From IMG/VR virus record IMGVR_UViG_3300047509_000227, positions 1 through 56,357 of that record: a stretch of 56,357 bases of DNA. One strand, 5' to 3'. This DNA comes from a virus. Its lineage: Duplodnaviria; Caudoviricetes. A model generated the notes under the pieces. It saw only the letters and a list, made by a program, of their open reading frames with translations. It searched no databases and was not told the DNA's origin. Within the stretch, counting starts at the first letter, position 1. The number at the start of each line of letters is the position of its first letter. Positions 19,011-28,682 of the stretch are shown here, piece by piece. Position numbers and translations under genes: made by a program.

Positions 19011-20098
19011 GTCGCCCCCTTTGATGAGCCCGAGGCACTGAGCGATGCCATTACCCCAGCCATGGGGGTCTGCCCGAGATCGGTGTGCCCGGCGAACAAT
19101 TTTCTGTTCCCGGTGTTGTCGAGCACGTCCTGCGTTCCGACGTTGAATCCACTCGCGATGGTCTGTGGCGTGATGACGCTCACGGCTGACAAACCAAGGC
19201 AGTTGAAGACGTTTGGCAGCAGGACGGGTGTCGCGAACGCCCCGGACTGCTCTGGCTGACTCTGCCCAAAGACGAAGGGCACAGCGTTGGCTCCGGCCAA
19301 CTCCCAGATCACGACTCCGCCATTCGCCGTTGCGACTGCCATTGGCTGCTGGAGCGAAGGTTCGGCCACGCCCACTGGCTTGGTCAGAATATCGCCCCAG
19401 TCGGTGCCCGACCCATCCTCGACCTGCTTAGTCCAGCCTGCGGTGATTGTATCGTTGGCGGAGTTGAACGCCATTGCGACAAACAAGTTGCCACTCGTCG
19501 GTGGCGAGCCAAACGTCGCGGCGACTGCGGAAGTGGCCCAAGCAACCTGAACGACGGTCGGGGGAGTGCCTGGGGCGTAGCCACCCCCACCTCCGCCTGT
19601 GGCCGAGATTGTCCCATCAGGGAGGATCGTGATGGTCGTGCCATCCGGCTTGACTGCGCCAACATCGCTCGTCGTGGCGATTGGCAGGTCTGCTGGCACC
19701 AATAGACGGAACGTCGGCACAGCATCAGCGCCCGAGCCTGGCCCCGCGAAGACGGTATTTGCGCCCTGTGGGTTCCAGACAACCGTAAAATTCGGGTTGC
19801 CGTTCGCGTCAGTCGTTTCTGTAACGGTGAACTCGTCAGTCGGCAAGACAATTTGGAGTCCAGTGAGCATCTGGCCTAACATATCACCAGTTTGCGCATC
19901 GTGCATCGTGATCGGCAGCCCGGGCTGTTGCTTCGGATAGGCCGCGTTCGGGACCTCCGAGAACGACGAGCCATTTTTCTGCCACATCGCCGTCAGAAAC
20001 CATTGCCAGGCTTGCGAGACGTTCCCACTTCGATCAACGAAGGGGGCGTTGAACTGCGGAAACCCTGCGAAGCGTTGGTTTGACTGATTCGCGGTCAT
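18992..20098 (-). CDS. Tail needle/fibre-like protein
   Basis: PFVDRSGNVSQAWQWF N-terminus; PTFRLLVPADLP and GAVKPDGTTI fibre motifs. Confidence 0.7.
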   Translation of the reverse strand: MTANQSNQRFAGFPQFNAPFVDRSGNVSQAWQWFLTAMWQKNGSSFSEVPNAAYPKQQPGLPITMHDAQTGDMLGQMLTGLQIVLPTDEFTVTETTDANGNPNFTVVWNPQGANTVFAGPGSGADAVPTFRLLVPADLPIATTSDVGAVKPDGTTITILPDGTISATGGGGGGYAPGTPPTVVQVAWATSAVAATFGSPPTSGNLFVAMAFNSANDTITAGWTKQVEDGSGTDWGDILTKPVGVAEPSLQQPMAVATANGGVVIWELAGANAVPFVFGQSQPEQSGAFATPVLLPNVFNCLGLSAVSVITPQTIASGFNVGTQDVLDNTGNRKLFAGHTDLGQTPMAGVMASLSASGSSKGATCLITS

Positions 20099-21675
20099 TT
20101 GGTCAGCACTTCTCCATCGACCCACCCACCAACGAGCGCTGCCGGGGCTGGGATCGAGTACTCAACTTCATACACCCGGTCCATAGCTTGGCCGAGATTT
20201 TGCCAGAACGGCCGGGTCGTGTATTCACCGAGTTCGCCTGAACTCTGCAAGAGCGCATTACCCCAGGAGCGGCCTCGGGTGTCGCTCCAGCGAAGGCTGA
20301 TCTTGGTGTTCGTCTGGGCCATGCCGACTTCGAGGTCGCACTGAAATTTCTTATGCCGAATCATGTGTCCCTCACCCGACACTGGCTTCCCGGTAGGGTC
20401 GAGGCCAATCATCAAATGCGGAAACGTCCTGACGAAGGAGATTGGCCCGGCGCTCGCCGCTGGGGCGAGGGTGTCGGTGTAAACGTCAGGATCAACGGCA
20501 TAGATCGTCCCGTTCTCCCAGTCACCCATCACCAGCTGGCCACTCTCAAGCCCTGGGAGGCAGCCTGTCTGGAAACCAACGTAGGCGAAACAGTTCGCCC
20601 GATGACGGTGCATCAGACCCGTGGCCGGGTCCGTCCAGGCCTCTTGATGCCATGCCAAGAGAGGGTCCTGAATCGAGTCGTCGAAGACCCAGGTCTGATC
20701 ACCCGAAGGGAAGGTTAGGAAGTAGAATGAGTGGCCATCGAACTGAAACGTAAAGCCAATGGCATCGGAGATGCTCCCGCCCTGATTATAGATCTGTCTG
20801 AGTTGAAACTCAATCGCGTGGTTGCTAATTCGAGTCGTCTCGTACCCTCGTCGCCTGAAGACGACGCCCTGCCCCTGTAGGTCTTGGCCGAGCCAGAACA
20901 CCGAGATGTCGGTCGAGGCGGCCGAGAATGGTGCAACACAACCATGTTCGATGTACGACCCGGGGAGCTTCGCAAACGGGAACAGCGGGTTCCCCGCGTC
21001 ATACCAGATCTCGCTCTTCTTCTTCCCGAGCAGGAGCATCTCGGTATTGTTAACGATGAGGGTCTGAAGATTGTCCGGATACGAGGTTTTGGCTGCGATG
21101 TAAGTCGGATCGAATGGCGGGCCGGAGTTGGAGAGCGACGATCGGAACTGATTCGTGCCAATCACAATCCAGAGCACGAAGGTGTCGAGATAGTCGAACT
21201 TGATTGTCCCGGAGAATGCTTCGTCGTTGAACGCGGCGAACTCTTGCGTCGGCGTACTGCTGCCGAGGGTGACGTTGTAGCCAAACGGCGTTCCATCTCC
21301 GACGAACAGCAGATTCCTATTGTCGATCATCGTCGCAGGGACTGGCAAATACGCCTGCAACTGCCCAAGAGTCTGGAGGGACCAAACTTTCGTCTGCGTG
21401 TCGATGTTGACGGCGAATAGAGTCTGGCCAATCACCGCATAGACCTGGCCATTCGTGGCCTGATATATACAGCGAACAGGAAATGGCGAGCCGGGGGTCC
21501 AGCCCGCAGGCCGAGGGGCCTGAATCAGAGGCCTCAGGCCAGGCCGTTGATAGTGGATGATCGGCGTTGGGGAGTCTTGCCGATTGGCCTCCGGGTAGAG
21601 GTTGATGCACCGCTGGCAATTTGCCAGAATGCTTCGGGGGCTATATGCGCCCCCGATGAGCGGGAATCGGTGCAC
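20095..21675 (-). CDS. Tail hub/DNA stabilization protein (P22 gp10-like)
   Basis: CINLYPE, EHGCVAPFS, ISNHAIE, LRWSDTRGRSWGN, WQNLG. Confidence 0.85.
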   Translation of the reverse strand: MHRFPLIGGAYSPRSILANCQRCINLYPEANRQDSPTPIIHYQRPGLRPLIQAPRPAGWTPGSPFPVRCIYQATNGQVYAVIGQTLFAVNIDTQTKVWSLQTLGQLQAYLPVPATMIDNRNLLFVGDGTPFGYNVTLGSSTPTQEFAAFNDEAFSGTIKFDYLDTFVLWIVIGTNQFRSSLSNSGPPFDPTYIAAKTSYPDNLQTLIVNNTEMLLLGKKKSEIWYDAGNPLFPFAKLPGSYIEHGCVAPFSAASTDISVFWLGQDLQGQGVVFRRRGYETTRISNHAIEFQLRQIYNQGGSISDAIGFTFQFDGHSFYFLTFPSGDQTWVFDDSIQDPLLAWHQEAWTDPATGLMHRHRANCFAYVGFQTGCLPGLESGQLVMGDWENGTIYAVDPDVYTDTLAPAASAGPISFVRTFPHLMIGLDPTGKPVSGEGHMIRHKKFQCDLEVGMAQTNTKISLRWSDTRGRSWGNALLQSSGELGEYTTRPFWQNLGQAMDRVYEVEYSIPAPAALVGGWVDGEVLTK

Positions 21676-21687
21676 CCTCAGTCACCA

Positions 21688-22080
21688 CTATGCCGAGGTG
21701 AATTGCTTCCACAGGCCCTGCTTGTAGCAGACATAGACCGAACTTTTGGTCGTGGCCTGAGTGATGGAAGCCGCACCGGCACCTCCGGCAACGGCCGAGC
21801 CAACGATCTTGTCTGCCACGCCAGCATTGTTCGTATTGGCGAACACCGCGAGCGTAGCCGCGCCATCATTGATGACCCAGCACGTCAGTCCCGCGAACGC
21901 CGGAGGTAGCATGACCGAGTCGTTGTTGGTGGCACAGACTGAGACTTCATTGATCCAGGATGCAAGCACCGGACACCCTACGGCACCGCCACCGGCGAGC
22001 GCCGTGATGGTGTTGACCGGGCCGGAGCCCTGAAAGTATGCAGCGACCGAAGATTGGTAGCCGGGTGTTTGAGCAGTCAT
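21688..22080 (-). CDS. Virion decoration-like protein (paralog of 22123..22557)
   Basis: Shares TALAGGG..INEVSVCATNxDSVxLP..INDGAATLAVF. Confidence 0.7.
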   Translation of the reverse strand: MTAQTPGYQSSVAAYFQGSGPVNTITALAGGGAVGCPVLASWINEVSVCATNNDSVMLPPAFAGLTCWVINDGAATLAVFANTNNAGVADKIVGSAVAGGAGAASITQATTKSSVYVCYKQGLWKQFTSA

Positions 22081-22122
22081 TTCTTTCGTTCCTTCTGAGA
22101 AAGGCGCCGCTATGGCGCGGGA

Positions 22123-22557
22123 TTATGACTGGAGGGCCTGCTTCCAGATTCCTGGAGAGATGCAGTAGTAGGCCGCGGTCGCAGTCGTAAGTTGGTTGGC
22201 ACTCGTAGTGCTCGCGGCCGAGCCGGAAGGTATGATCGCATCCGCGACTCCGGTTGCTGGATTGGACTGGAGCGGGAAGACCGCAAGAGTGGCTGCGCCA
22301 TCGTTGATGATGTTGATTGTCCGACCCGGGATGGCCTGAGGCAGAATAACAGAGTCTCCGTTCGTGGCGCAGACCGAGACCTCGTTGATGAAGCGGTTGC
22401 AGATGACTGTCGTAGTCGCACCGCCTCCGGCCAGGGCCGTCAGGCCAAACTGGCTACTCGTCATTAGCCCGGCGAGATTCAGCAGGTCTCTGCCATCGAT
22501 CAGTCTCTCACCCTGGACGAACGAGGGCCATAGTTGTCGAAGTGTCGAGATTGTCAT
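22123..22557 (-). CDS. Virion decoration-like protein
   Basis: Paralog of 21688..22080. Confidence 0.7.
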   Translation of the reverse strand: MTISTLRQLWPSFVQGERLIDGRDLLNLAGLMTSSQFGLTALAGGGATTTVICNRFINEVSVCATNGDSVILPQAIPGRTINIINDGAATLAVFPLQSNPATGVADAIIPSGSAASTTSANQLTTATAAYYCISPGIWKQALQS

Positions 22558-22572
22558 CGAAAGGCGCTCCTG

Positions 22573-23406
22573 TTAGTAGGACTGATCGGAGAAGATGTTG
22601 TAGATGCCGGGCCGACTTAGATCGGCAGGAATGGACAGCGCAGCAATAGCGGCATTCGCTCCGCGTAGCGTCGCAAGGGCGTCCTTGGCCAGGCCTGGAA
22701 GCATGTCCCCTGGATAGGTCGGAAAACTGTAGTACGACCGAGCCCTCAAGGCAAGGTTGTACAGCAGGGCCGAATAGTATTCGTAGGGCAGCGTCAGCGT
22801 GATCGACAAATTCGGGAACGAGACTGGCAACTGTTCCTTAAAGGTCACGCCCAGAGCGTAGTTATTGGCCTGCGCCACTGGCCATGGGTAGATCAGCCCC
22901 AGGGGCCATGCTGGATCGTAGAAGTACCACCCAGGGAAGCTGACCAACTGCTTCAGCGCGATTCTATTATAGTCTTCTTTTGCGTGCAGCATCGCCAGTG
23001 GGTAATCGATCTGATTTGGTTGGCTCTGCGTGATCTGACGCAGAAAGGCTGACTCGAGCTTATCTGGCCGAGATGACTTCTTCGACTGTTGCCCAGCCGC
23101 CGCCCCAGAACCAAACTGTGGCCCGAACTGGGCGTTCCACTGATCCGAGGCAACATCCGTGTTGATGTTCCCTCCAGGGCCGATTGTGTAGAACTGAGCG
23201 CCAGTCGAGGGCAGCATGTAGGTGATAAGATGATACACGAGGTATCGCTTGCGCTGCCACTGTTGCAGCATCCACTGCATTCTCGCCCAGATTGCGTTGA
23301 TGTCCTCCGCGAGTGGCGTCTGCCCAGTCCCAAGGGCACCGCTCTCTTTCGCCGCCTCGAAGCAGATGTCCCTGACGGTAGTGGTGGTTGGGTCGAGTTC
23401 GCTCAC
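22573..23406 (-). CDS. Head-tail adaptor (P22 gp4-like)
   Basis: GALGTGQTPLAED..MLQQW..YYSALLYNLA. Confidence 0.75.
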   Translation of the reverse strand: MSELDPTTTTVRDICFEAAKESGALGTGQTPLAEDINAIWARMQWMLQQWQRKRYLVYHLITYMLPSTGAQFYTIGPGGNINTDVASDQWNAQFGPQFGSGAAAGQQSKKSSRPDKLESAFLRQITQSQPNQIDYPLAMLHAKEDYNRIALKQLVSFPGWYFYDPAWPLGLIYPWPVAQANNYALGVTFKEQLPVSFPNLSITLTLPYEYYSALLYNLALRARSYYSFPTYPGDMLPGLAKDALATLRGANAAIAALSIPADLSRPGIYNIFSDQSY

Positions 23407-23407
23407 C

Positions 23408-23845
23408 TCAGGCGTTCCCTGAGGGGAAGAACGTCACGGCAGGGGCCGAGGCACCGAACCAACTTACCCTGACCTGATCTCCGGCGAGCACGCCAATGGC
23501 ACCGCCGACGAGGCTGACCTGAAACCACGTCACGCCGCTGTCGCGACTCAACTCGGCCTTGCCGTTCGCCAGCGTCAACGTCCCAAGAGATTGAACAAAA
23601 ATAATGGTCGGAGAGCCAAACAGGGCCTGTGCCACAGCCGTTCCCCCGGCTGACTTCAGCAGCTGGCTTGAGCAGATGACGTTCCGGACGTTCTGAGGGG
23701 TGATCGTCCCTGGAGGGACGTTGTCCGAGAACTCGCCCAAGAGTGTGGTCTGATTTTGGATCGCACAGGCAAGCTGCGCCTCTGCCCTCTCACTTGCGGC
23801 GACGAGGGCGAGGCCAACAACTGCCAGTGCGATCCAAACCTTCAC
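23408..23845 (-). CDS. Late protein with signal-peptide-like N-terminus
   Basis: MKVWIALAVVGLALVAASERAEA/Q. Confidence 0.65.
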   Translation of the reverse strand: MKVWIALAVVGLALVAASERAEAQLACAIQNQTTLLGEFSDNVPPGTITPQNVRNVICSSQLLKSAGGTAVAQALFGSPTIIFVQSLGTLTLANGKAELSRDSGVTWFQVSLVGGAIGVLAGDQVRVSWFGASAPAVTFFPSGNA

Positions 23846-24327
23846 GGCGATAGCGTCCCCTCGGTGGCCTTCGCCACAACCCTCGGTAGGGCATTCGCCG
23901 TGGCTTGTCGGAGGACATCGCCCTGCAACCTGGCCAGTTCGGCCTCCAGTTGCGCGATGCGATCCACCGACGAGGTCGGAGGAGCTTCGCCACCGCCAGC
24001 GTGAATTGCTTTCGCCGGATGGTCGTGCCAGCCCTCTGCACGCAGCGCAGCCTCCTCGTCGGCGTTCTTGGCAATCGCTGTGATCAGCTCTTTCTGCTGA
24101 CTTCGCAATTTGACCCCTTCAAGGGTCTGGACCATCTCTCCCGGGACGGTGATTTTGGTCTCGCCTTTCGGGCTGTAGAAGGTCTTCGGGTACTCGATCG
24201 GGCCGTTGTAGAGGGACTCTCCCGAGACATCATCCCGAGCAGTCTGGTTCGCCGGGTTCCGGTCGAAGGCCCCCGAGGCCTCCATCGCATCATAAATGGT
24301 GAAACGCTTGTTCCTAAAGCCTGCCAT
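23842..24327 (-). CDS. Hypothetical late protein (paralog of 24849..25337)
   Basis: EYPKxxY.P...EE....GW..HP shared. Confidence 0.7.
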   Translation of the reverse strand: MAGFRNKRFTIYDAMEASGAFDRNPANQTARDDVSGESLYNGPIEYPKTFYSPKGETKITVPGEMVQTLEGVKLRSQQKELITAIAKNADEEAALRAEGWHDHPAKAIHAGGGEAPPTSSVDRIAQLEAELARLQGDVLRQATANALPRVVAKATEGTLSP

Positions 24328-24333
24328 CTTGTC

Positions 24334-24522
24334 CTACCTTCCATATCCGCGTAGGGGCGGAGTCGCCCCGCTTTTATCCTGATCCCGATACGACTTCGTT
24401 CTCTTCAGCGTCGCGATTGTATCCGCACTCACGGGCTGATCCGTATCAAGGCTCACATTTGCATCGAACTGAGCCTCAGCACTCTCCGGAGTGTCAGGAC
24501 TGAGGTCGCGTTTGACAGCCAC
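24334..24522 (-). CDS. Small late protein ending RGYGR
   Basis: 62 aa; preceded by GGAAGG. Confidence 0.65.
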   Translation of the reverse strand: MAVKRDLSPDTPESAEAQFDANVSLDTDQPVSADTIATLKRTKSYRDQDKSGATPPLRGYGR

Positions 24523-24524
24523 AA

Positions 24525-24674
24525 CTACCTTCCGTAGCCCTTCGGCATCTGCTGCTGTTGCTTGACCTTGTCGAGTTCCTTCTGGATCTCATCCACGGTC
24601 AGGGGTTTGCCTGCCGTAGCAGACTCGTCCCCGACTTTCGGCGGAGAGGGCTGGAGAATGTCAGTCGGACCCAT
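24525..24674 (-). CDS. Small late protein ending KGYGR (49 aa)
   Basis: Read by eye: MGPTDILQPSPPKVGDESATAGKPLTVDEIQKELDKVKQQQQMPKGYGR. Confidence 0.65.
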   Translation of the reverse strand: MGPTDILQPSPPKVGDESATAGKPLTVDEIQKELDKVKQQQQMPKGYGR

Positions 24675-24678
24675 CTCT

Positions 24679-24846
24679 TTACCTTCCATAGCCTCTGCCC
24701 TCGGCCTTTGCCTTGGGCTTGGGCTTCTTGTCGGCCTCTACAAAGTCCTTCGCCACAGCCTGCGGTATGCCCGCTTTGCGGGCGAACTCAGGGTCGTGGT
24801 CCGCAGCCTCCATGAAGCGGTGCTGCTTCGCAGAGACGCTCGGCAT
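24679..24846 (-). CDS. Small late protein ending RGYGR (55 aa)
   Basis: Read by eye: MPSVSAKQHRFMEAADHDPEFARKAGIPQAVAKDFVEADKKPKPKAKAEGRGYGR. Confidence 0.75.
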   Translation of the reverse strand: MPSVSAKQHRFMEAADHDPEFARKAGIPQAVAKDFVEADKKPKPKAKAEGRGYGR

Positions 24847-24848
24847 GG

Positions 24849-25337
24849 CTACGCCGAGCCCTGCTTGATGACCTTGCCGCTCGCAGCAGCGGCCGACGCT
24901 TTGGCCTTTTCGGCCTCGGCTTTGTCTTGCTCGGTCTTGGCTCTGTCAGCCTCAGCGCGCGCTTTAGCAGCTTCAGCATCAGCAATAGATGGACCAGGCC
25001 GATTAGCTGCAGGGCCACCACGATCCGTCAGATCGCCCCGCTTCAACGCTTCCTGTTGCGCCTTCAGCCCTGGGTGGATGTCCCAGCCATCTTTTTTGGC
25101 AACGACTTCTTCCTCGGCCGAGGCCACAATATGAGCCTCACTCCCGGGCTTGTAGAGTGCCTTCGGATACTCCGCCCCGACAGGGGCATCGCCCTGAACG
25201 AGCTTGTAAGAGTAGCCGAGCGAGGCGAGCTTTTGGAGGCCCGAATTGATCTCGCCCATTGCGATTGAGGCCAACTCCGCGCGCTGCGGGGGCTCGTTGT
25301 GCAAGAGGTGGCCGATTGTCTGCCTAATGTCTGCCAT
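24849..25337 (-). CDS. Hypothetical late protein
   Basis: Directly follows the coat gene; paralog of 23842..24327. Confidence 0.7.
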   Translation of the reverse strand: MADIRQTIGHLLHNEPPQRAELASIAMGEINSGLQKLASLGYSYKLVQGDAPVGAEYPKALYKPGSEAHIVASAEEEVVAKKDGWDIHPGLKAQQEALKRGDLTDRGGPAANRPGPSIADAEAAKARAEADRAKTEQDKAEAEKAKASAAAASGKVIKQGSA

Positions 25338-25407
25338 TTTGGTCTCCGTTCAGGGCCTCGGCCCTGGTTTGTAGGGACAACGCTGAAAACTGGCGCGAAG
25401 CGTCAGA

Positions 25408-26631
25408 TCAGATCTGGTCTGCGACGATCGCCGCCCACTCCGGCCTGATCCACAGGAAGCCGTAGAGGGTGTCGAGGCGGGTGATCAGGTTGTCGTTGCC
25501 GATGAAGTAGTCCGTCAGCATACGCATCGAGACGCCGTCGAACTGCTCCCGAGCGACCTCATGGACGCCCTTCGGCATCTCGAGGTCGGCCGTAGCGAGG
25601 GTGACGGCCTCCGGGCAGTAGGCGAAGTTCTTCCGATACTTCGTGCTCGCCGCAAGGGTCGCCACAGGGTTGACCGCAGCACCGTTCGCGGGAGACGAGT
25701 CCACCGTCTGATACTGGACGGGTTGGCCACCCACTGGGGGGATAATGGCCGGGTAGATTGGGATCGAAGTCGCTGCTGCAGCGACAGGCGCCGTGACAGC
25801 GAACTGCGCGAGCTCGCCCGTGCTCTGCTTGGTGATCCGGTTGACGGAGTTGACGTTCGCAATCGTGATGATGTCGCCCATGTTCAGGCCTGCCGCAAGG
25901 GCATTCACGACAAGGTTCAGCCCTGTTTGGCCCGCCCCGTTGACGGTGGCGCTGCCTTGTGCGAGCGCCCCGTTCGTGTGCGTGATCGCGGTCTGGTCCT
26001 TCATCCAGATAAAGCCAAGGGCATCATACATCCGCCCGGTCACATACTGGCGGCTGATCTCCGGCGCGGGGTTGAGCAGGCCCGACAGGCTTGCGACGAC
26101 GCGCGCCTCTGTCCTGGGGCCGTTGACGATCTTGCGGTTTGCAATCGGCGCACTCATCAGGTCAAGTGAGGCCCCGGCATTCAAATAGGTCGAGGCAATC
26201 GGCGTCAGGATGTTGTTTGAGGCATCCTGATTCGCGACGAAGTTCGAGATACCGCCTTCGGAGGCGGCCATAATATCGACCGCGACCTGGCCGGCGAGAT
26301 TGTTGACCATCGGGGCCAGAATGCGGCGGCTGTAGTCGTCGAGCGAGAGCGTCCGGTCCGCCGTCGAGTAGCCGACATCGACGTGAGCCTGAGTCGCCAA
26401 CACCAGGGTCGTGGACTGTTCCGCGGTGTCCTGAACGCTGAGGGCTGGACCCTTCACGACGACGAAATCATTCGGCAGCCTGATGCGCAGCGATGAGCCG
26501 ATCTTGGCGCCGCTCACGGCGAACGAGTCATCGTACTGCATATCCACGTTCTGAATGAACGCATTGCTGTTTTTCCACAGCCTGACGGCTTCTCGTGTTA
26601 TCATGTTTATTGTGAGCAGAGAATTGGCCAT
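25408..26631 (-). CDS. Major capsid protein (P22 gp5-like)
   Basis: MANSLLTINMITREA..KIGSSLRIRLP..RLDTLYG..RPEWA. Confidence 0.92.
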   Translation of the reverse strand: MANSLLTINMITREAVRLWKNSNAFIQNVDMQYDDSFAVSGAKIGSSLRIRLPNDFVVVKGPALSVQDTAEQSTTLVLATQAHVDVGYSTADRTLSLDDYSRRILAPMVNNLAGQVAVDIMAASEGGISNFVANQDASNNILTPIASTYLNAGASLDLMSAPIANRKIVNGPRTEARVVASLSGLLNPAPEISRQYVTGRMYDALGFIWMKDQTAITHTNGALAQGSATVNGAGQTGLNLVVNALAAGLNMGDIITIANVNSVNRITKQSTGELAQFAVTAPVAAAATSIPIYPAIIPPVGGQPVQYQTVDSSPANGAAVNPVATLAASTKYRKNFAYCPEAVTLATADLEMPKGVHEVAREQFDGVSMRMLTDYFIGNDNLITRLDTLYGFLWIRPEWAAIVADQI

Positions 26632-26719
26632 TTTCTTCTCCTTTGCGACCGTGCCGCCGCAAGGCGCAGGTCAACCTTTATTGGTGGTTGAGCTGGACAG
26701 GCTCTACTCAGTCCGGACA

Positions 26720-26770
26720 TTGCTGTTTCAAGTCCAGCAAGACGACTATCAGCTCATTTAAGGTCTGAGC
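26720..26770 (-). other. Twin hairpins with GACYUNAAA loops in the coat-gene leader
   Basis: GCTCA-GACCTTAAA-TGAGC and TTGCTG-GACTTGAAA-CAGCAA on the - strand. Confidence 0.5.
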
Positions 26771-26788
26771 AGAAGACCGACTGACCGA

Positions 26789-27304
26789 TTATGCCCCGTC
26801 GACAGGCAACATTGGCGAAAACTCTCCAAACATTTCGGAGGCCGTTTTCTCATAAAACTTGACAGCTTCGGCCAATGTGACGAAGTGTCGTTGTAGTCGA
26901 TTGGAACCCTTTCGGCTGATTTGGACCTTCCACTTCAGCTTCTGATTGTCCCAGCAAATTCCACGATAACCAGTCGAATTGTCGCTTCTGATTTTTGAGT
27001 TCATCAGGTTCTGTGAGTGACTGACTTCCCGGAGATTAATCAGGCGATTATCCAACGTATTGCCGTTGATATGGTCAAGTTCACCATCAGTTGCGACTCC
27101 ATGCACATAGAGCCAAGCAAGACGATGCGCCAAGTATCTGTCGTCATTCAGTCGGATAATGAGATAACCTTTGTTGCTTACAGTTCCGACTGAATATCTG
27201 CGACCTTTCTTGGATTTTTTCCATGCAAATTTGCCACTCACATTATCGTATGTGAGTTCGGAGCGAACCAATTCAGCTGACAGATCCTTGTCCTTATAGG
27301 ACAT
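26789..27304 (-). mobile_element. Free-standing HNH homing endonuclease (HNH + AP2-like domain)
   Basis: AHRLAW..LDHING..DNRLINLR..N; NSTGYRGI; AT-rich. Confidence 0.88.
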
Positions 27305-28101
27305 TACGCTGACTTCGCCAACTGTGCCTCGCGGCGTTTCATCCACTCGGTCGTCGTGAGCCGATCTGCGCGCTCTGTATCAGTGGGGTCGATTGCAGTA
27401 TGCTGCGCGCCCTTCGACCCTACAGGCGTAATGGGCTTCGGCAGACCATCTTCGCCCTCGGCGCCTTGCATGGCCATCTTGGCGATCTCAATCGTCCGAC
27501 TCTCTGGGTCGAGCGCCATTATCCTCATCGCCTCGGCCCGATCGCTGCCGAGAGCGTGGATGACCTTCGCGGCCTTTCCACTCTTCAGCGCTGCTGAGAC
27601 GATGCCCCAGTAGGCGCCCTCGGAAGCCTGATCCCCAGGCGTGATGACTGAGCGTAGGTCGCCGAGCTTCGCGTCGAAGTCCGAGAACTGCAACCTCCCC
27701 GCCTCAACAGCCGCATTACACTGACGGTTGAACTCGATCGCCGCGGTCTGCTGTTGGGCGAGCGTCGGGGCAAGGCGCTCTGCCTCGGTCCGAACTCGCT
27801 GTGCGATTTCTTCTTCCGAGGGCGCCGCAGCAGCAGCTGCTGCCTTCGGCTGGAGCGAGGCGATTTGTGCCTCCAACTCCGCGATTCGCGCCTCGCGCGA
27901 AGTCAGCACATCGTTTCTCTCATGTAACCTGGCCGAGAGTTGTCCCAGTCTTTTATCTCTCCAGTCCTCTGGAGCTGCAGGTGCTGCCGATGGCGCGGGG
28001 GGTGTGGCAGCGGCTGCAGGCGGTTGCGGATCATCAACAACAGCCCCGGCTGGCGGTGTTGCCGCTGGTGCTGGTTCGATCCGTTCGCCTGTGCCTGACA
28101 T
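27304..28101 (-). CDS. Scaffolding protein
   Basis: Coiled coil; PKPITPVG; C-terminal TTTEWMKRR; upstream of coat gene. Confidence 0.8.
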   Translation of the reverse strand: MSGTGERIEPAPAATPPAGAVVDDPQPPAAAATPPAPSAAPAAPEDWRDKRLGQLSARLHERNDVLTSREARIAELEAQIASLQPKAAAAAAAPSEEEIAQRVRTEAERLAPTLAQQQTAAIEFNRQCNAAVEAGRLQFSDFDAKLGDLRSVITPGDQASEGAYWGIVSAALKSGKAAKVIHALGSDRAEAMRIMALDPESRTIEIAKMAMQGAEGEDGLPKPITPVGSKGAQHTAIDPTDTERADRLTTTEWMKRREAQLAKSA

Positions 28102-28503
28102 TCAAATCTGCCTTTGTATAGCTGTCGGCTGTGTGCGGCCGACGCGCAGGGACTGGTCTTTCGTGAGTGCTTGCATGATGCGCTCCTTTGTAGAGGAGTC
28201 AACGGTGGACAACGTGAGCATCTGCGCTAACGTGGCCCGCGCGAACGGGACGCAGCGAGGCCAATTCCTTGCAACGAACCTGCGTTCCAACTCCTTCGCC
28301 GAAGCGTCAGGGTTCTGCTGTTTCCAGCGCTCGAAGATAAGATTGTCCGACATGACCTTGTCGTACAACTGTCCAGCCGCTTCGCGAGCAACCTCCCGGA
28401 CCTCCCGGTGGACGGACGCCCGACCAAGCCGAGGTACAGCCTGTGGCTGGCCGAGATCGACTAGCATGTTCGGATCGAGTGGCGCTCGGACGAGACTGCT
28501 CAC
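28102..28503 (-). CDS. Hypothetical late protein
   Basis: Between portal and scaffold. Confidence 0.7.
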   Translation of the reverse strand: MSSLVRAPLDPNMLVDLGQPQAVPRLGRASVHREVREVAREAAGQLYDKVMSDNLIFERWKQQNPDASAKELERRFVARNWPRCVPFARATLAQMLTLSTVDSSTKERIMQALTKDQSLRVGRTQPTAIQRQI

Positions 28504-28682
28504 GACTCGGCCCCGCCGGAGGCAAAGGGGTCGTAATCGACGGCCTCAATTCGCCACTCTCTTCCCTGAAAGAGCACAATCTGCTCCAGTGGCGCCAACG
28601 GCGAGGCCCCCACAGATGGCATTGGCAGGGCCTCACTCGGCGGACTCCCAAAGGGATTACCGACCTCGAGCTGATTATCCAT
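28500..28682 (-). CDS. Small hypothetical protein
   Basis: Overlaps both neighbours. Confidence 0.55.
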   Translation of the reverse strand: MDNQLEVGNPFGSPPSEALPMPSVGASPLAPLEQIVLFQGREWRIEAVDYDPFASGGAES

